This document shows, piece after piece, positions 60,075 to 64,000 of a stretch of 64,000 bases of DNA; position 1 is the first letter of the stretch; each line of letters opens with the position of its first letter. The position numbers and the translations under genes are program-made. This DNA comes from Macrostomum lignano (taxonomy: Eukaryota). The notes beneath the pieces are model-generated. The model worked only from the letters and a program-made list of their open reading frames with translations. It was not told the DNA's origin and searched no databases. The stretch covers positions 8,141-72,140 of the forward strand of contig NIVC01001527.1 in the NCBI GenBank assembly GCA_002269645.1, read 5' to 3'.

Positions 60075-61932
60075 TCAGCGCCGGTCCATCGTGACTTGAT
60101 AGTCGCCGGGAAATACGAAAGCCCCAATTGATCCAGCGAGGATCTCCTCTTTGCGGGCGGCGAACTCCGGCTCTGGCCGCACCCGGTACCGCTGCATGAT
60201 GGCCGTGAAGAACAGGAAAATCTCCATTCGCGCCAGAGACTCGCCAACGCAAGAACGCCGACCAATCAGGAACGGGATGAGGTACGGACTGCTCCGGTAG
60301 CGACCTTCGTCGTCGAGAAAGTGCTCAGGGTAGAACTCGTTCGGTCTCTCCCAGTACTCGGCTCGGTGGTGGACGCCGTAAACCAGTGGGATGATGATCG
60401 CATCGCTCGGGATCCGGTAGCCGTGGAAGGTTGCGTCTTCCACTGAGCGATGGAAAACTCCAGTACCGACCAGCGAGGCCTTTCTGTAGGTCTCGTCGAT
60501 GACAGCGCTGGTGTAGTGCAGTTCTGTCCTGTCCTGCATCCGTGGACGCCTCGATTGACCGACGACGGAGTCGAGCTCGTTCTGGACTCGGTCCTGCACC
60601 TCCGGATAGAAGGCCATGTAGAGCAGCAGCCACTCCATCGATCGGGCGGTCGTGTCAGTGCCGGCCAGGAAGAACTCCATGGTCACTCGGATGATTTGGT
60701 GCTCTTTGAACGTCTCAAAGTCGCCAGCCTTCTCAGCTTGGCGCTTCTCCTGAAATTAGTTGCAGAGCCGAGCAATATGGGGTGACATGATGACACGCGC
60801 TTGAGTAAACAGCCGAATACCTGGCTGTTTTTTTGTCTTCTTCTTTACAAAATGACCACGAAAACTTCTGTAGCAATCCAAAGTAACTGGTTAGGTCTCT
60901 CTATTGTGCTAAGTATTGTGAGAGGGCAAAACGTGTCATCAAAGTCTGTGTGTCTTTGAGAATTCCAAAAAAGCATTAGTAGTTATATATAAGCTCTGTT
61001 TCGGGAGAATCTCGCTGCAGGAAAAATTTATAGATTGATAGCGTTAGATCGAGATGTTACTAGCTCACCTTAATGTAGGCATCGCAGAGGCACTGCGGCT
61101 CAACGCTCTCATCTTTCATCACCGCTTCGCGTTTGCGAATCTGGCACCGAATCATGTCGTGCAGGCGCTCGGTGTCGCTAACAAGACTGCTCGAGGCCGG
61201 CACGAGGTCAGCCAGCCGTTCCATAGCTGGGAACAGGAACTCCACACCTTGAATGATGCCATCTTCTATCAGCTTCTTGACAATGGCGTTCACCAGCTTC
61301 ATAGCTGGATCGTCGGCTTCGAACTTCTGTCCAAGCGTCATCTCCGCGACGATGGCGTTTGAAGCCAGTAGGAAGGTTTCTAGCAGCTGGACTGGCTCGT
61401 ACAGAGCGGCGATCTCGTCAAAGCCGTTGAACATGCTATCGAGCTGTTCGTCTACCATCTCCACCGTCCGCTTTCTAGCGAAGCCGAAGTCGCGTAGAGT
61501 GCGCAGACTTAAGCGTCGCTGCTGATTCCAGACGTCGCCCTCCGTGAAGATGATGCCGCAGCCGCGGGTCAGCTTCTTGAATAGGCGGAGCTGCGGCCTG
61601 CCGGAGAACATCTGACTGTCCAGCATCTCCTTCATCAGCGGGTACGAGTTCACTACAATAACCAGTCGCGAGCCAAGGTAAAACGAACTGATGTCGCCGT
61701 ACTGTTGACAGATCTTCATCATGCTTCGGTGCATCTGGTTGCGACTTATCCATGGCAACCGTCCTAGCACGGGCAGGCCTACGGGTCCGGGCGGCAGGTC
61801 GCGACCCTGTCGCCAAGAGTACAGCATGTACGCCGCGGCAAGTCCCGCGGCCGCTGGTGCCGCTACCGTATAGAAATTATCCCCTAGGAGGCTGGCTAAG
61901 GATTTCGGTAGCATTTCTATGACTCCTTCCAT
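60075..61932 (-). CDS. cytochrome P450, CYP2 clan (paralog 2, two exons)
   Basis: Exons 61932-61069 and 60749-60075 (319-nt intron at the same position as in paralog 1). Motifs PPGP, AGTDTT, ETYR and FLIGRRSCVG. Confidence 0.94.
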
Positions 61933-62599
61933 CTGTAGCTGAGTTTTAGATTCGTCTTTTTGACAGCTGGCAAAGTTTTTTTGTTGTCTTATTTTTTAAA
62001 CTTTTAGAAAATTTTATATCTGCATTTTATATTGCATAAACAATTGACGAATGTACAACGTACCACGAACTTATGCAGCGCTGTGTGTGCACAGGTTTCT
62101 TGGGGGGGGGGGTTGAGATTTTACGTAATGTACGCAGCTACATATACCTTGGAGATGCTGAGAGATTGTGGAGCGCTCAAATACACTGCATGGTCCGAGG
62201 CCTGTACTCGAGTACGCTGCTCCGACCTTGAGCTGGTCCCGAGAGGCTAAAAACGACCCCCAAAGGTAATAGTTTGTAAGGCTAGAGTACAAACAGAGGG
62301 CACGCTGGGATTCTTCAAGGCCATTCAATGATTTTAGTTTAACCCCCATTTTTTCGCGTGCAGCTGTTCGATCAGTTCGCTTAGATTAGTGTCACTTCTA
62401 AGTACAGTATGCACTAATAAACTGCAAGACACAATGGGTCTGCAAAATGTTTTCAACAAAATTTTCTGAAGAAACAAAGCATCTTCTTTAATAGTCCACT
62501 GACCTTGCAGTGTAACAAGCTCTCCAAAGAAGCTTCACAAAAATTGTTGATAAGATTCTGCTTCATGAAAATTTCAACCAGATGACTAGAATGACCGAG

Positions 62600-62912
62600 A
62601 CATCCCATTCTTAGAAACGCAGAGACAGACATCCCATTCCTAGAAACGCCGCGATATCCCAATCATACGTCGTAGAAACACCGAGACATCCATTCCTAGA
62701 AACACCAAGACTTCCCATTCCTAGAAACGCCAAAGCTTCCCATTTCTAGAAACGCCAAAGCTTCCCATTTCTAGAAACGCCGAGACATCCAAATCCTAGA
62801 AACACCAAGACTTCCCATTTCTAGAAACGCAGAGGCATCCCATTCCTAGAAACGCCGCGCACGAGATATCCCATTCTTAGAAACGCCTGGAGACATCCCG
62901 TTCCTAGAAACG
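62600..62912. repeat. ~25-bp degenerate minisatellite
   Basis: CCCATTCCTAGAAACGCCGAGACAT-like units. Confidence 0.85.
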
Positions 62913-63563
62913 TTATCGATTGGCAACAGCTTAATCCGTAGCTGCACTTCAAGTTTGATTCTGGCGTTAAACTTTACATTACCTGGATGGCCTCTTATTC
63001 TCAAGATAATTTGTATAGCTTTACATTACGTATTAGTTAATTTTTTACTCCTATTTTTAGAAACATAAAAAATACACTGATATTCGGCAACCCAACATTA
63101 AATTTAGTTTTCTCTAAATGTTGTATTGCATAGCTACTTGCTGAGTAGCATATCAAGCGCTTATTTCTCTATTATAGAAGGGAGTGTAAAATTGCATAGA
63201 TTTAAAAAAGTAGAAAAAATACCAATGTAGCTACTAAGCTAACAAGTATTACTGTCGAGTCACGGCTTACGCATTGCTAAATTTCAAAACTGGAAGAGAA
63301 CACAGCTTATAATTATTATTTAAGCATAAATCGCAGTTTGCTTCCAGCGCTATTATTTATCTGCTAATAACTACAAAAGAAGAAAGCGTTGAGCCATCCG
63401 AAATACTTCAAGTACTACATCCTGACAAAATCAATGGAGTCAATCTTTCGCTTATACACGGTTTAGGCTGTTGAAATAAATATAAGCTATGATATCAAAG
63501 CTGAATTTTCTCTTAAAAACATGCTTAGAATGTCGCTGGCAAAAGCTGTCCAAAACCAAAGCC

Positions 63564-64000
63564 TTACCGAAGACTTATTATGAGTCGATTTTCACCAGGA
63601 ATTCTCACCGCTCCGAGCTGACCGGTGAGGATCTCCTCTCTGCGGGCCGCGCACTCCGGCTCGGCCGCACCCGGTACCGCTGCATGATGGCCGTGAAGAA
63701 CAGGAAAATCTCCATTCGCGCCAGAGACTCGCCGGGCAGGGCGCCGACCAATCAGGAACGGATGAGGTACGGACTGCTCCGGTAGCGACCTTCGTCGTCG
63801 AGAAAGTGCTCAGGGTAGAACTCGTTCGGTCTCTCCCAGTACTCGGCTCGGTGGTGGACGCCGTACACCAGCGGAAGGATCACAGCATCGCTGGGATCCG
63901 GTAGCGTGGAAATGGGTTTCCTCAACGGCTCGGTGGAACAGACCACAGGCTACCAGCGAAGCTTTTTCTGTAGGTCTCGTCGATGACAGCGCTGGTGTAG
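63564..64000 (-). pseudogene. third CYP2-clan paralog, 3' end, with several 1-nt indels (pseudogene or sequencing error); continues beyond window
   Basis: Reconstructs to YTSAVIDETYRK/ASLVACGLFHRAVEETHFH/YRIP/SDAVILPLVYGVHHRAEYWERPNEFYPEHFLDDEGRYRSSPYLI/FLIGRRPCPGESLARMEIFLFF...LIISLR*. The indels sit in short homopolymer runs. Confidence 0.85.

Overview
Eukaryotic (invertebrate animal) genomic DNA with GT-AG introns and dense micro/minisatellites. The style resembles a free-living flatworm such as Macrostomum, but that is unverified inference. Positions 1 to ~18,200 are the right-hand part of a Polinton/Maverick (adintovirus-like) endogenous virus. It carries an A32-type packaging ATPase, an adenain-like protease hidden by three indels, a protein-primed PolB (three 1-nt deletions), an adenovirus pX-like protein, a retroviral-type integrase, a parvovirus-like PLA2 and several accessory ORFs. 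No capsid genes were recognised; they probably lie upstream of the window. The integrase is split by a 7.1-kb EnSpm/CACTA (CMC) transposon (9472-16555; CCCACTAAAAA TIRs, TT target duplication) encoding a transposase and a spliced DUF4806-like protein. The host part holds a 5-exon OTUD5/DUBA deubiquitinase, a multi-exon SOCS-box gene, three tandem clan-2 cytochrome P450 genes on the minus strand, a hAT-type MITE, a probable Helentron-type element and about 25 tandem-repeat arrays. The most notable patterns are in the viral element: a PTAP/LYPL late-domain membrane protein, a recurring [KR]xGxG/[KR]xGG candidate cleavage motif, three stop-to-start spacers of exactly 16 nt, and splice-acceptor-like motifs just before several ATGs. 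All of this is by eye, and repeat boundaries are approximate.
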